DNA from: an uncultured delta proteobacterium
Lineage (GTDB): Bacteria > Myxococcota > Myxococcia > Myxococcales > Myxococcaceae
Length of the DNA: 64,000 bases
Direction of reading: 5' to 3'
NCBI GenBank assembly: GCA_963713045.1
Contig: CAVQKE010000001.1
Span: 128,001-192,000 of the forward strand
Shown here: piece after piece, positions 1 to 10,917 of the stretch
How the letters are laid out: the number at the start of each line of letters is the position of its first letter
How positions within the stretch are numbered: the first letter of the stretch is position 1
Notes under the pieces: generated by a model
Told to the model about the DNA's origin: nothing
What the model saw: only the letters and a program-made list of their open reading frames with translations
The model's database searches: none
Program-made: the position numbers and the translations under genes

Positions 1-302
1 TCATGCTGGAAGGTGACGTCTTCATCAACAACACCTTGGGAAGCGGCGTCGTCCAGCCCAACGCTGCCACTTGGCTTCAGGTGGACTATGAGCCTATTCA
101 AGGGCTTCACTTCGCCCCTGCGATCGAGACCCTCAACACGGCTGGCATACACGGCGCAGGGCTTGGGACGTGGATGACCATCGATTGGTTCTGCCTACCC
201 CACACCGACATTCGCCTCGACGGCGTCTATCGCTACCAGCCGACGACGCAGGGTTGGACCAATACCTATTCCTTCCTCATCCAGCTCCACACCTTCCTAT
301 GA
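1..302 (+). CDS. C-terminal part of a probable outer-membrane beta-barrel protein (partial, runs off left edge)
   Basis: Alternating amphipathic strand pattern ending YSFLIQLHTFL. The stop overlaps the next ATG (ATGA, 299-302). Confidence 0.6.
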   Translation, partial: MLEGDVFINNTLGSGVVQPNAATWLQVDYEPIQGLHFAPAIETLNTAGIHGAGLGTWMTIDWFCLPHTDIRLDGVYRYQPTTQGWTNTYSFLIQLHTFL

Positions 303-826
303 GAGGCGCGTCTTTGAGAGTGGCCCTCCTGTCCTCCGTACTTGGGCTGCTGGCACCAATGTCGGCTTTCGCCTCTGCGAGTTACCCCGCTGAGATTCAG
401 AGCCAGCTCAGCCTTTCCTACACGCCGGCCTGTGCCATTTGTCACGCCAACGGCATCACTGGGTACGGCACCGTGACGACGCCCTTTGGTGAAGCCATGC
501 GCGCCGTGGGCCTCGTCTGCTGCAGCATCCCTTCCCTCGACGGCGCGCTCGCAGCCCTCGAAGCGGAAAACAGCCCCTACATTGAGTACTTGAAGCAAGG
601 CCTAGACCCCAACGACCCGGGTGCAGGCGCTGCGCCTCCGCCCAGCTACGGCTGCTTCAGCATCACGGGCCAACGGCAGGGCGCCGGCGCCGCCTTTCTC
701 CTGGCGGCTGCGCTGCTCTTCGGGCGGAGAAGGCGTCCTCTGCGGCCGCCAGCAACCGAGGGATGTGGCGGTGCGAGGCCTGCAGCCAGGGCCTCGCCTA
801 GCCGCGGACGCGCTTCGGGCCGGTAG
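299..826 (+). CDS. Exported monoheme (CxxCH) protein with MYXO-CTERM-like C-terminal anchor
   Basis: ATG at 299. Signal peptide MRGASLRVALLSSVLGLLAPMSAFA, motif CAICH, Pro-rich linker, then YGC...AAFLLAAALLFGRRRR. Confidence 0.7.
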   Translation: MRGASLRVALLSSVLGLLAPMSAFASASYPAEIQSQLSLSYTPACAICHANGITGYGTVTTPFGEAMRAVGLVCCSIPSLDGALAALEAENSPYIEYLKQGLDPNDPGAGAAPPPSYGCFSITGQRQGAGAAFLLAAALLFGRRRRPLRPPATEGCGGARPAARASPSRGRASGR

Positions 827-2007
827 AGACGTCCTGGGACTCCGCCTCAAGGGCATCCGCAATGGCATCGAGTTCGGCTCCCAGGTCCCGGACGCCCTGT
901 TCCAACTCAGCGGTCGGAGCGCGTCCAGCTTCTGCCCCCGCCGTACGAAGCCGAACAAATTGCGCGGCGAGCCCTTCGAGCGTGTAGACAAGGCGCATCC
1001 GTTCCGCTTGCAGACGGTCGGCGCTCAATCGCAGAAGCTCCTGCTGTCTGCGCCGCTCGTCGATGGCCGCCGCCGCGCCAGTGAGTGAGGTACGCAGACG
1101 CTCGTCGGTGGCGTCAATGAGTCGGGCCTCGAGTTCCCTCTTTTCGGAATCCAGTCGACTGAGCGCGGAGGGCGCCAGCTCTGCGAGCACGGCCCGTTCG
1201 CGCTCAAACAGGTCCTGACAGGTGTGCCGAAGCGCCGCGATGGTACCCTCGGATGCCCCGAGAAAAGAGCGCACCGGCGCGGACGCCGTGCGCAGCTCGG
1301 AGGCCAGCCGAATCGCACGCGGCGTTGGCGCGCTCCTGCACCGCGTCGCGCATGGTCGACGCGGCCGGCGAGAGGGGTACCCCGGGCAGGCGCTGGCGAA
1401 GCCAGCCGGCAGTGACCGTCGCCCCCATATGCAGACGCGTGCCGGCCGGGACCTGAACACCCTCCCCGACGGTCGCGCCCATGCCGACAATTGCGTTGGG
1501 GCCGAGGCTTGCCCCCTCACACAGGGTTGCCCCCCAGGAAAGCCTGGCACCGGTGTCGAGGACGGCGTTTCCACCCACGGTAGAGCCCATGCCCACCACA
1601 GCTCCCGAGCGGATGACAGCACCCTCTCCGACGGTGGCGCCCATTCCAACGATGGCGCCAGGCTCGACCAGCGCACTCGCGGAGACGGTGGCACCCATCC
1701 CGATGTGGGGCAGCCCGTATGGCTGGGCGGAGCGGCGGCGCGTCCAAGCGCGGCCGAACAGCACCGCTCCACCGACGGCGAAGGCGGCCGCTGGCCCGAC
1801 GAAGGGCCACGCTCCCAGTGTGACCAGCGCACCGAGACTGGCCGCGGAGAGCCCCAGAAGCAGCGCTCCCCATCGGAGGGCGACCCGCGCCGACGAATTC
1901 GGCGAAGCGGCTGGCGCTCCTCTCGTCGTCGCAGCAGCCAGGGCCGCCTGCATGCGAACCAGGCCTCGTTCCAGTGCCGCCTCCGGCGTCTGTCCCTCAT
2001 CGGGCAC
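798..2007 (-). pseudogene. Membrane-anchored hexapeptide-repeat (left-handed beta-helix) plus coiled-coil protein, split by a 1-nt frameshift near 1311
   Basis: ORF 1204-2007 has two TM segments and IGMGAT/VGEGAV hexapeptides. A coherent helical C-terminus (RLASELRTAS...LDAIADALE) continues in another frame down to 798. Removing one base restores a 403-codon frame. Confidence 0.65.
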
Positions 2008-2338
2008 ACGGTCCTCCCCGGTCGCAAGATTGCCGACCGAACGGTTTTCTACGCAGACGGCCGCAGCATGGTCCGGGCGACGCGCCGAGTCGACAGCTCT
2101 AAGAGGCCGAGCGTCGGGACTCCGCTCTGAAGGTCGTTTAGCGCCTAGTGAGCGGACTGTTGAGGCGCAAGGGCTGGCCTAAGCCACACCTCTGTGACGA
2201 CGCGGAAAGGCCGAACGCCAAAGGGCGATTCCGAAAGGTCACAGCACCTCCTTCTGCGCGAACCAGCTCCGCCACCACGCGCCCGTATGAGGCCGCTGCC
2301 GAAGCGCAGAGACGGACTCGGCAAAAAAGGGAGGACAC

Positions 2339-4453
2339 ATGGCGTCGAAACGCACACTGCAAAAATGGAAGAACATCCTCAGCGTCGGACTGGCCATCCC
2401 GCTCTTTCTGAGCGGGCAACTGGTCGGATTTGCGCGAGCTGACGAGGCGCGCGACGACCACCATCGAGAAAAAGAAACCCGCACGCCCATCAAGCACGTC
2501 ATCGTCATCATCGGCGAGAACAGGACCTTCGATCACATTTTTGCGACCTACGTCCCCAAGTCTCATGACTCCATTCACAACCTGCTCTCGGAGGGCATCG
2601 TCAACGCTGATGGAACTCCCGGGCCCAACTACAAAAAGGCTGTTCAGTATCAAGGCACCGACGTCGCACCTGACCCCTTCCTGAATGCCCCCGACAAGGA
2701 TGGTGCATACAAGATTCTCCCGCCGGTGCTCACCGGAGGAGCCCCGACCAAGCCGTACATTTCATCGATTGCCGAAGCAATGGCGGTGGAGAACGGGCTG
2801 CCAAACGACTACTACGTGTTTTTGACGACGGGTGGCACGGGCCTACCGAAGTACGGGCCTGACACTCGCATTGACTACCTCGGAAAGACCTTCGACACCC
2901 TTCCTCCAGGGCCCTACCAGCTCACTCCCGGGGTGCCGTACGACTCGTATGCCTCGAGCCCAGTGCACCGCTTCTACCAGATGCGCCAGCAGTTGGACTG
3001 TGATGCGAAGCGGTCCACGAACCAAGACCCCGCGGGTTGTGACGGCCGCCTCTTTGCGTGGGTCGAGGTCACCATCGGCGCTGGAAACAACGGCTTGACT
3101 CAATCCCAATATAACTCTGGAGCGCCCTTCGACGACTATGCGACCGGCGAGGGCAGTACCGCGCTCGGCTTCTACAACATGCAGCAAGGCGATGCCCCGT
3201 ACCTCAAGTACCTCGCCGACACCTATTCGATGAGCGACAACTACCACCAGGCAGTCTACGGAGGCACCGGCGCGAACCACGTCATGATGGGCACCGGAGA
3301 CGCTATCTGGTTCAGCGACGGCAATGGAAATCCCGCCGTTCCACCCAATAACGAGAACGTCTACTCCTCGAGCCTGTGCCCCTCGGGTGGTTCGACTGCC
3401 ACCAACTGCGGTAACCAGGGCGTTGTTGCGGAAATCGAAAACCCTGACCCGCAACCGGTGACCTCGACCACCATCACCAGCAATAACAACAACAACTGGT
3501 ACACCGAGGACGGCTACGGCGGCAACGGGTACAGCGCGATGCCAGCCTACGGAGGCGGAACCTACAGCGACTGCTCGGACAGGTCTCAGCCGGGGGTCAA
3601 GTCAGTGCGGGACTATTTGGACTCCATCCAGGTGAATGCCAACTGCGAGAAGGGCCACTATTACCTCCTCAACAATTACAATCCTGGCTACTTCGGCGAC
3701 GGCTCCAACGCCTACACCGACACCAACAACAACAACTACGTGTTCACCATCCCGCCGTCCTCTCTACGCACCATTGGAGACGCGCTCCTAGAGAAGAACA
3801 TCTCTTGGGCTTACTTCGGGGACCAGTGGAACGTCTACTTGACCGACCCCTATGACCTTCTTCCGCAGGACGCGTACTGCAACATCTGCAACTTCGAGCA
3901 GTACTCAACGTCCATCATGACCAACGACGCGGTCCGCACCACGCACCTGCTGGACACGACTGACCTATACAATGACATCGACAATGACTACTTGCCCGCC
4001 GTTTCCTTCGTGAAGCCCAGCGGGTTTGTGGACGGGCACCCCGCCTCATCGAAGCTCAACCTCTTCGAGGGGTTCGCAAAGAAGATTGTCGACCTGGTGA
4101 AGGCCCACCCGAAGCTGTGGAAGGAGACGGCCATCTTCATTACCTTCGATGAGGGCGGCGGCTACTATGACTCGGGTTACGTTCAGCAACTCGATTACTT
4201 TGGCGACGGCACGCGCACTCCGATGATTGTCGTCTCGCCATATTCGACCGGCGGCCACATTTCCCATACCTATACCGACCACGTGTCGCCGATTAAGTTC
4301 GTCGAATACAACTGGGACCTGAAGCCGTTGACCCATCGCAGCCGCGACAACTTCCCGAACCCGGTGACGTGTGACGACCCCTACGTGCCAGTGAATAGCC
4401 CCGCCATCGGGGACTTGGTGGACCTCTTCCACTTCGACCACTGCGACCAGTAG
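2339..4453 (+). CDS. Secreted phosphoesterase (phospholipase C / acid phosphatase AcpA family)
   Basis: Signal peptide; IKHVIVIIGENRTFDH, SDNYHQ...GGTGANH, DGHP, FDEGGGYYD and GTRTPMIVVSP motifs; SD GGAGG upstream. Confidence 0.9.
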   Translation: MASKRTLQKWKNILSVGLAIPLFLSGQLVGFARADEARDDHHREKETRTPIKHVIVIIGENRTFDHIFATYVPKSHDSIHNLLSEGIVNADGTPGPNYKKAVQYQGTDVAPDPFLNAPDKDGAYKILPPVLTGGAPTKPYISSIAEAMAVENGLPNDYYVFLTTGGTGLPKYGPDTRIDYLGKTFDTLPPGPYQLTPGVPYDSYASSPVHRFYQMRQQLDCDAKRSTNQDPAGCDGRLFAWVEVTIGAGNNGLTQSQYNSGAPFDDYATGEGSTALGFYNMQQGDAPYLKYLADTYSMSDNYHQAVYGGTGANHVMMGTGDAIWFSDGNGNPAVPPNNENVYSSSLCPSGGSTATNCGNQGVVAEIENPDPQPVTSTTITSNNNNNWYTEDGYGGNGYSAMPAYGGGTYSDCSDRSQPGVKSVRDYLDSIQVNANCEKGHYYLLNNYNPGYFGDGSNAYTDTNNNNYVFTIPPSSLRTIGDALLEKNISWAYFGDQWNVYLTDPYDLLPQDAYCNICNFEQYSTSIMTNDAVRTTHLLDTTDLYNDIDNDYLPAVSFVKPSGFVDGHPASSKLNLFEGFAKKIVDLVKAHPKLWKETAIFITFDEGGGYYDSGYVQQLDYFGDGTRTPMIVVSPYSTGGHISHTYTDHVSPIKFVEYNWDLKPLTHRSRDNFPNPVTCDDPYVPVNSPAIGDLVDLFHFDHCDQ

Positions 4454-4475
4454 CCGGTTCGCGCTGCAGTTCAGG

Positions 4476-4524
4476 CCGCGCGAGGGGCGCCACTTCGGCC
4501 CCTCGCGCGGTTTCTTGTTTTTTT
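4476..4524 (+). terminator. Intrinsic terminator
   Basis: CCGCGCGAGGGGC-loop-GCCCCTCGCGCGG followed by TTTCTTGTTTTTTT, just after the phosphoesterase stop. Confidence 0.85.
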
Positions 4525-4791
4525 GGGGGGTGGGACTGGGACCTCTGGCGGCAGCCTCTCGGCACGGAGCATCCCGCGCGGCGTCGACGCCTACCCCGGC
4601 CGACCGCTTCCCTCGGGAGGGTACGGGGGAAGCCACCGTTTCGTTCTCTTTCTGCTTGCCCCTCCCGCTGGTGGCGGAGTCTCATGGGCCCCCACTCGTT
4701 TCCATGAGGCGAGCTTCACAAGGTCCTGGCGCGGCAGGTGCGCCTCGGCTGCCTTTGGGGTTAACCCACCTGTACCTGAGGAGGTTCGCCT

Positions 4792-5490
4792 ATGCCCACC
4801 GCTGCAGCGATGAGCAAGGAGCCCGCCGCAAGCCAGACGGAGTCCTTTCTCGCTGCCACGGTTGGCAAGAAGGTGGTGATGGCAGTCACCGGGCTGATTC
4901 TCTTCGGCTTCGTGATTGTCCACATGCTCGGCAATCTCCAGCTGTATGCCGGTGCCGAGGCCATCAACGCCTATGGCCTCTTCCTCCATACGTTTTTGCA
5001 TGGGGCCGGCATCTGGATTTCGCGCGCGGTGCTGCTGGCCGCCGTCGTGCTCCACATCTGGGCGATGACGTCGCTGACCCTGGTCAACCGGCGCGCCCGC
5101 CACGTGGGCTACCGCCAGTGGAGTGCCCGCGAATCCACCTACGCTTCGAGGAGCATGCGGTGGAGTGGCGTCTTTCTTCTCGCCTTCATCATCTTCCACC
5201 TGCTGCACTTCACCACCGGCGATGTCCACCCGGACTTCATCCCAGGGGACGTCTACCACAACGTCGTCACCGGCTTTCAGGTGATGCCGGTGGCCGTGCT
5301 GTACATTGTGGCGACGCTGGCCCTCGCGCTTCACCTTTTTCACGGCTCGTGGAGCCTGTTTCAGACGCTTGGGCTCAACCATCCGCGCTACAACCGGCTG
5401 CGCAACGTGGTGTGTGTCGGCTTGGCGGCCCTGGTGGTGGTTGGAAACCTTTCCTTCCCGGTCGCTGTGCTGGCCGGCTGGGTTCGCTGA
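4792..5490 (+). CDS. sdhC: Succinate dehydrogenase cytochrome b subunit
   Basis: [10 protein letters not shown]...HMLGNL, five TM helices with His ligands; SD GAGGAGG; first gene of the sdh operon. Confidence 0.9.
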   Translation: MPTAAAMSKEPAASQTESFLAATVGKKVVMAVTGLILFGFVIVHMLGNLQLYAGAEAINAYGLFLHTFLHGAGIWISRAVLLAAVVLHIWAMTSLTLVNRRARHVGYRQWSARESTYASRSMRWSGVFLLAFIIFHLLHFTTGDVHPDFIPGDVYHNVVTGFQVMPVAVLYIVATLALALHLFHGSWSLFQTLGLNHPRYNRLRNVVCVGLAALVVVGNLSFPVAVLAGWVR

Positions 5491-5497
5491 AGGGCAC

Positions 5498-7411
5498 ATG
5501 GACCTGCGCTCGAAAATTCCCGAGGGCCCCCTCGACAAAAAGTGGGAACGCTACCGGCTGGAGATGAAGCTGGTGAACCCAGCCAACAAGCGGAAATTCA
5601 CCATCGTTGTGGTCGGCAGCGGGTTGGCGGGCGCCGGCGCTGCAGCATCCCTTGGCGAGCTCGGCTACAACGTCAAGTCGTTCTGCTACCAGGACAGCCC
5701 CCGGCGCGCGCATTCCATCGCCGCCCAGGGTGGCATCAACGCCGCCAAGAATTACCAAAACGACGGCGACAGTGTGTACCGACTCTTCTACGACACGGTG
5801 AAGGGCGGAGATTTCCGGTCGCGCGAGGCGAACGTCTTCCGGCTGGCCCAGGTGTCCGGAAACATCATCGACCAGTGTGTGGCAGTGGGCGTTCCCTTTG
5901 CCCGCGAATACGGCGGCCTACTGGACAACCGCAGCTTCGGCGGCGCTCAGGTTTCGCGCACCTTCTACGCCCGAGGACAGACTGGTCAGCAGCTTCTCCT
6001 TGGTGCCTACCAGGCGCTGGAGCGGCAGGTGAGGGCCGGCAAAGTAGAAATGTTCGTCCGCCACGAGATGCAGGACATCATCCTCATCGACGGGCACGCG
6101 CGGGGAATTGTCACCAGGGACCTGGTGACCGGCGAGGTCGAATCGCACATTGGCGACGCGGTGTGCCTGGCCACCGGTGGTTACGGGAACGTCTTCTATC
6201 TGGCCACGTATGCAAAGGGCTGCAACGCGACCGCCATCTGGCGTGCTTACAAGAGAGGGGCCGCCTTCGGAAACCCTTGCTTCACCCAAATCCATCCCAC
6301 CTGCATTCCGGTGACTGGTGACTACCAGTCCAAACTCACACTGATGAGTGAGAGCTTGCGGAACGACGGACGCATCTGGGTGCCGACGAAGGCCGCCGAC
6401 AGGCGGGCGCCGGGCGACATCCCCGAAGCCGAGCGCGATTACTACCTGGAACGCATGTACCCAAGCTTCGGGAACCTTGCCCCTCGGGATATCGCCTCGC
6501 GGGCGGCCAAGCGCGTTTGCGACGAGGGCCGAGGGGTGGGCCCGGGCGGTAAGGGCGTCTATCTCGATTTCGCCGATGCCATTCGGCGGCTCGGCCGCGA
6601 AACCATCGAGGAGCGGTACGGGAATCTCTTCGAGATGTACAACCGCATCACCGCCGAGGACCCCTACCGAGTGCCGATGCGCATCTATCCGGCGACTCAC
6701 TACACGATGGGCGGCCTGTGGGTGGACTACAACCTGATGTCCACCCTCCCCGGGCTCCACGTCCTGGGAGAGGCCAACTTCAGCGACCACGGCGCCAACC
6801 GGCTCGGTGCGAGCGCCCTGATGCAAGGCTTGGCCGATGGCTACTTCATTATCCCCTACACCATCAGCAACTATCTGGCTTCCGCCAAGCACGCTCCGGT
6901 TTCCTTGGACCACCCCGCGGTGAAGGAGACAGAGAGGGCGGTGGCGCTGCGCACCCAGCGCTTGCTCGAAGTGAAGGGCAGCCAAAGCCCCACCCACTTC
7001 CACCGAGAGCTTGGCAAGGTGATGTGGGAGTACTGCGGAATGACGAGAAACGAAGCCGGTCTCAAGAAGGCACTCCAACTGATTCCGGAGCTGCGGGAAG
7101 CCTTCTGGAAGAACGTCAAGGTGGTGGGCAGCGGGGAGTCACTCAACCAGTCCCTCGAGTTGGCAGGACGGGTCGCGGACTTCCTCGAGCTGGGCGAGCT
7201 GATGTGTCTGGACGCGCTGGAGCGTCGCGAGTCCTGCGGTGCACATTTCCGTGAGGAATACCAAACGCCCGACGGGGAGGCGTTGCGTGACGACGAGCAC
7301 TTCTGTCACGTAGCGGCCTGGCAGTACCTGGGCGAAGGAAAAGCGCCGGTCCGCAACGTCGAGCCGTTGATGTTTGAAAATGTGCACCTCTCAGTGAGGA
7401 GCTATAAGTAG
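5498..7411 (+). CDS. sdhA: Succinate dehydrogenase/fumarate reductase flavoprotein subunit
   Basis: [38 protein letters not shown] and ESCGAHFR motifs; ATG at 5498. Confidence 0.95.
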   Translation: MDLRSKIPEGPLDKKWERYRLEMKLVNPANKRKFTIVVVGSGLAGAGAAASLGELGYNVKSFCYQDSPRRAHSIAAQGGINAAKNYQNDGDSVYRLFYDTVKGGDFRSREANVFRLAQVSGNIIDQCVAVGVPFAREYGGLLDNRSFGGAQVSRTFYARGQTGQQLLLGAYQALERQVRAGKVEMFVRHEMQDIILIDGHARGIVTRDLVTGEVESHIGDAVCLATGGYGNVFYLATYAKGCNATAIWRAYKRGAAFGNPCFTQIHPTCIPVTGDYQSKLTLMSESLRNDGRIWVPTKAADRRAPGDIPEAERDYYLERMYPSFGNLAPRDIASRAAKRVCDEGRGVGPGGKGVYLDFADAIRRLGRETIEERYGNLFEMYNRITAEDPYRVPMRIYPATHYTMGGLWVDYNLMSTLPGLHVLGEANFSDHGANRLGASALMQGLADGYFIIPYTISNYLASAKHAPVSLDHPAVKETERAVALRTQRLLEVKGSQSPTHFHRELGKVMWEYCGMTRNEAGLKKALQLIPELREAFWKNVKVVGSGESLNQSLELAGRVADFLELGELMCLDALERRESCGAHFREEYQTPDGEALRDDEHFCHVAAWQYLGEGKAPVRNVEPLMFENVHLSVRSYK

Positions 7412-7672
7412 AAGCGTCTCCCGTCGGTGAAGCGCCCATTGCCACCTCGGCTGCCACCGGGAAAGTCCCAAATCAGCCGGAAGCACCTAAATTCGGGCGA
7501 ACGGCGGACACGAGCTCGGGCAAGAATATGCGCTCAGGAACGGCCCGAAGACTCCGGCGCTCGATTAGCTGACGACGGCGCCCTTTTCAGCTTTTGGAGT
7601 GCGGCCAAGTCCCGGGAGATGTAGGGTCTTGCGGTTCCGCGTTCGTCCACGTTGGAGCGACCGAGTCGACGA

Positions 7673-8446
7673 ATGAATCTGACCCTCAACGTCTGGCGCC
7701 AGAAGGACGCCCGGGACCCGGGGCGGTTCGTCACCTATCAGGCGCCGGACATCAGCCCAGACATGTCATTTCTGGAGATGCTCGACGTGGTGAACGAGCG
7801 GCTCATCACCAAGGGCGAGGAACCAATCGCCTTCGACCACGACTGCCGGGAGGGAATCTGCGGCCAATGCGGAGTGGTGATTAATGGAAACGCGCACGGG
7901 CCACAGCGGCGCACCACTGCCTGCCAGCTCCACATGCGCAGCTTCCGCGACGGTGATTTCCTGACTTTGGAGCCCTTCCGAGCGAATGCCTTCCCAGTGG
8001 TGAAGGACCTCATCGTCAACCGAAGCGCCTTCGACCGCATCATTGCCTCCGGCGGCTTCATCTCTGCAGCCATCGGTGGCGCCCAGGACGCCAACTGCGT
8101 TCCCGTCTCCAGGGAGAAGGCCGACCTCGCGATGGATGCGGCGGCATGCATTGGGTGCGGCGCATGCGTCGCCGCATGTCCCAACGCTTCGGCAATGCTG
8201 TTTACGGCGGCCAAGGTGTCCCAGCTAGCGCTGCTCCCTCAGGGCAAGCCCGAACGAACCGACCGCGTACGAAGAATGGTCGCGCAGATGGACGCCGAGG
8301 GCTTCGGCAGCTGCACCAATCACGGCGAGTGCGAAGCGGTCTGTCCGAAGGGCATCAGTCTCGGCAACATCGCCCGTCTCAACCGGGAATACCTCCGCGC
8401 GAGCTTCGTCTGGGGACGGCGTCCGGGTGGGGGCGGAGGGCTATAG
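7673..8446 (+). CDS. sdhB: Succinate dehydrogenase iron-sulfur subunit
   Basis: [21 protein letters not shown] and [12 protein letters not shown] clusters; ATG at 7673. Confidence 0.95.
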   Translation: MNLTLNVWRQKDARDPGRFVTYQAPDISPDMSFLEMLDVVNERLITKGEEPIAFDHDCREGICGQCGVVINGNAHGPQRRTTACQLHMRSFRDGDFLTLEPFRANAFPVVKDLIVNRSAFDRIIASGGFISAAIGGAQDANCVPVSREKADLAMDAAACIGCGACVAACPNASAMLFTAAKVSQLALLPQGKPERTDRVRRMVAQMDAEGFGSCTNHGECEAVCPKGISLGNIARLNREYLRASFVWGRRPGGGGGL

Positions 8447-8468
8447 CCCCGCGCTTTTGCAGCACCGC

Positions 8469-9455
8469 TTAGTGCGGCGTCGAGACACACGCCGTGACGT
8501 CCATGTCGAAGAGGACGTCGTAGGCGACGAGGAAGGATGCGCCTCCATCGATGCTGAGCTGGTAGTACCCCGCTGAGGGTGTGCCGGTGGTGATGATGAG
8601 GCTCGGTGGACTCCCATCGGCGTTCCCGTACCCGACGACGCCGCTGATGATGCTGATGGGAGCTCCTCCGTCCGCGGATGGGCCGGTCATGCTGAAGGCG
8701 ATGTTGCGCGAAAGGTAGCCGTTCCCGGAGAGGTCTGTATTCGTGTAATTCTGCCCATCAATCACGAAACCGGAGAAGTCGCTGTAATTCTGGTAGGTGA
8801 GGTCGACGTTTGGATTGAAGAGACTCTCGACACTGATGTTGACGGAACCGCTGAGCACGCCATTGAAGTTGGCGGGCGTGGTGTATTGGATGATGGATGG
8901 GCCGTTGAAGTCGAGAATGCGCGTCTCAGAACTGATGCAGGTGAGGTCATAGACGCGCAGCAGGCACTCGGCCTCGGACTGAGTGGTCGCCTGGAGGTTG
9001 GCCAGGGCCTCGGCAAAGGGAACGAAACTTCCGAGGGAGGGCGTCCCGGTGAGGGTGAGGACGCCACCATCGAGGGTGCTGGTGTAGGTGGCTCCGGCGT
9101 CGACGTTGAACCGCTGGGCGCCAATCCGGGAAGTCACCGGGAGATTGTTTTGGTTGGTGAGGACGTACTTCAGTGTGCTGTTGAGGGTGACCTGGGTGGC
9201 GGTTGCAGAGTAGGTCCCGGTATAGATGACGGTCGACTGGTCGTTCGCGATGGTCGTTAGGGTGAAGGGCGCCGAAAGCCCTCCATCTGGCGCAGCGAAC
9301 ACAATCAGCGTCGTCTGCTGTGGCGTCGCCTGAATCCACGTCGGCTGGTCCCCGAGGCTCACCGTCGGGTCCAACTCCTGTCCAATAATTTGGTACGGGC
9401 CAAGACAGCCAATGCCGAGGGCCGTCAGCAGCAGGAGCAAGGCCTTGCGCAGCAT
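8469..9455 (-). CDS. Hypothetical lipoprotein (Thr/Ser/Gly-rich, beta-rich)
   Basis: Lipobox-like MLRKALLLLLTALGIGC; start coupled to the upstream stop (TGATG); contains PDGG/LDGG/ADGG motifs. Confidence 0.7.
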   Translation of the reverse strand: MLRKALLLLLTALGIGCLGPYQIIGQELDPTVSLGDQPTWIQATPQQTTLIVFAAPDGGLSAPFTLTTIANDQSTVIYTGTYSATATQVTLNSTLKYVLTNQNNLPVTSRIGAQRFNVDAGATYTSTLDGGVLTLTGTPSLGSFVPFAEALANLQATTQSEAECLLRVYDLTCISSETRILDFNGPSIIQYTTPANFNGVLSGSVNISVESLFNPNVDLTYQNYSDFSGFVIDGQNYTNTDLSGNGYLSRNIAFSMTGPSADGGAPISIISGVVGYGNADGSPPSLIITTGTPSAGYYQLSIDGGASFLVAYDVLFDMDVTACVSTPH

Positions 9456-10048
9456 CAGAGGTCGACCCCCACCAGCGCACCGAGCGTCAAGGCATACCCC
9501 ACGGATAGGTCGCCTCCATGAAGCAAATCGAGAAAGTCGACGGCTCCGCTCCCAAAGGCAGCCAGAGTAACCGGCCCACTGCCAACCCGCCATCTGAGTA
9601 ATGCATTCATTCCTAGACCAGCAGTGAAACTGTTGAAGTCCGTGTAGCCATTGTTTGTGTAGCGGTTTCCCTTCATCACCAAGCCGTCGAAGTGAGGCCC
9701 CAGCCCGACGTCGAGTTGAATGCCGGCAAGGAAACAGAAACGGCGCATGGCGGCAAAGACGGCGTCGATGCCCCAGGCGCTGCTGTACACGGTGGAGATG
9801 TCGACGTGCATCTGGTTTTGGTAGGCCGACACCGGGAAGTAGCCAGTAAAATTGGCCTGAAATCCCCACTCGCTGCCCAGCGTCGCGGCGTAGCTGATGC
9901 CGGGAGCCTGCACCAGCGACTGGTTGCCCTGTTTGGTGTTGATGACGGTCAGCTGGTAGCTCGGGCCAATGGTGTGCTGCGCATCGGCCAGCGCGCCTGT
10001 GCCAATCAGGCACACCACCAGGCTCGCCAGGGTGCGCGCGTTGTTCAA
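9455..10048 (-). CDS. Probable small outer-membrane beta-barrel protein
   Basis: Signal peptide (probable TTG start at 10048, uncertain); amphipathic strands; ends GALVGVDL. Confidence 0.6.
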   Translation of the reverse strand: MNNARTLASLVVCLIGTGALADAQHTIGPSYQLTVINTKQGNQSLVQAPGISYAATLGSEWGFQANFTGYFPVSAYQNQMHVDISTVYSSAWGIDAVFAAMRRFCFLAGIQLDVGLGPHFDGLVMKGNRYTNNGYTDFNSFTAGLGMNALLRWRVGSGPVTLAAFGSGAVDFLDLLHGGDLSVGYALTLGALVGVDL

Positions 10049-10171
10049 ACGACCCCCACGGTCGAGTCGGCCCCTGCCGCCGCGGAATGGCTCAAAGCCA
10101 GCTCGCGCGCGGCCAACGCGGGGGACCATTTCCATCGGGTGGGCTCGAGGGAACTCACAATTCGAAGGAGG

Positions 10172-10247
<76 letters not shown>

Positions 10248-10259
10248 AGTCGGCCGCGC

Positions 10260-10288
10260 AGTGAACACGAGGGGTTGGGCTGGGTCAA
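10260..10288 (-). promoter_or_regulatory. Putative sigma70-type promoter for tRNA-Pro
   Basis: TTGACC-N17-TTCACT on the minus strand, 12 nt upstream of the tRNA; weak -10. Confidence 0.4.
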
Positions 10289-10497
10289 GTACAGAGCGCA
10301 AATCAAATTGCGATGGCTTACTGCACCAACGCGCGCTGGCCGAGAATCGCATTTGGGTCCACGTCCCCCGAGGTGAGACGTCCCGAAGGACGGCGCGTGG
10401 GAAATGCCAGGCGGCTTACGGCTCCCATCAGGCGCTCTCGGGCAAGCGGGACCTCCTCCACTGCTTTCAGAAATGGAGAGTACCCCGCCGCCCGGCC

Positions 10498-10917
10498 TTA
10501 CTTGTGCGCCTGATTCCGTTGCGCTTCGGCAAGGGCGCGATAGTCGTACGTCGGGTAGAACTCGGTGCGGTAGGCGCCCCAGGCGCTTTGCTCAATCGCC
10601 AGGTTCACCTCGCGCAGCTTCTCCGCCGGAAAGCGCAACGTCACCACTTGGCCGATGCCCATCATCACGTACCAGGAGACGACTTCCACACCCGCCGGCG
10701 GAAACTTCTGCCAGAAGCCACTCGCGTCGAGGTCCCGCTCGAGCTGAGCCAGCGTCTTGGACTGGTCGTGTCGCAAGAAGATGGTGAGCATCAACTTCCC
10801 CTTCTCCTGCGCCGGGCCGATGGCTGGCGTGGAGGGTTGGCCAAGCACCACCGCGCCCACCAGCAGCACGAGTGCCAACGGCACACAGAACGCCAAAACG
10901 CGGGGGAAGCGGGCCAT
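10498..10917 (-). CDS. Exported hypothetical protein
   Basis: Hydrophobic N-terminus, then a compact domain (LTIFLRHDQSK...WYVMMGIGQVVTL...YRTEFYPTYDY). Confidence 0.7.
   Translation of the reverse strand: MARFPRVLAFCVPLALVLLVGAVVLGQPSTPAIGPAQEKGKLMLTIFLRHDQSKTLAQLERDLDASGFWQKFPPAGVEVVSWYVMMGIGQVVTLRFPAEKLREVNLAIEQSAWGAYRTEFYPTYDYRALAEAQRNQAHK

Noticed and set aside
2164..2186. c-di-GMP-I riboswitch-like words (GCGCAA...GGCCTAA)
   Set aside because: The GGCAAAC...GAAA arm and the downstream pairing are absent.
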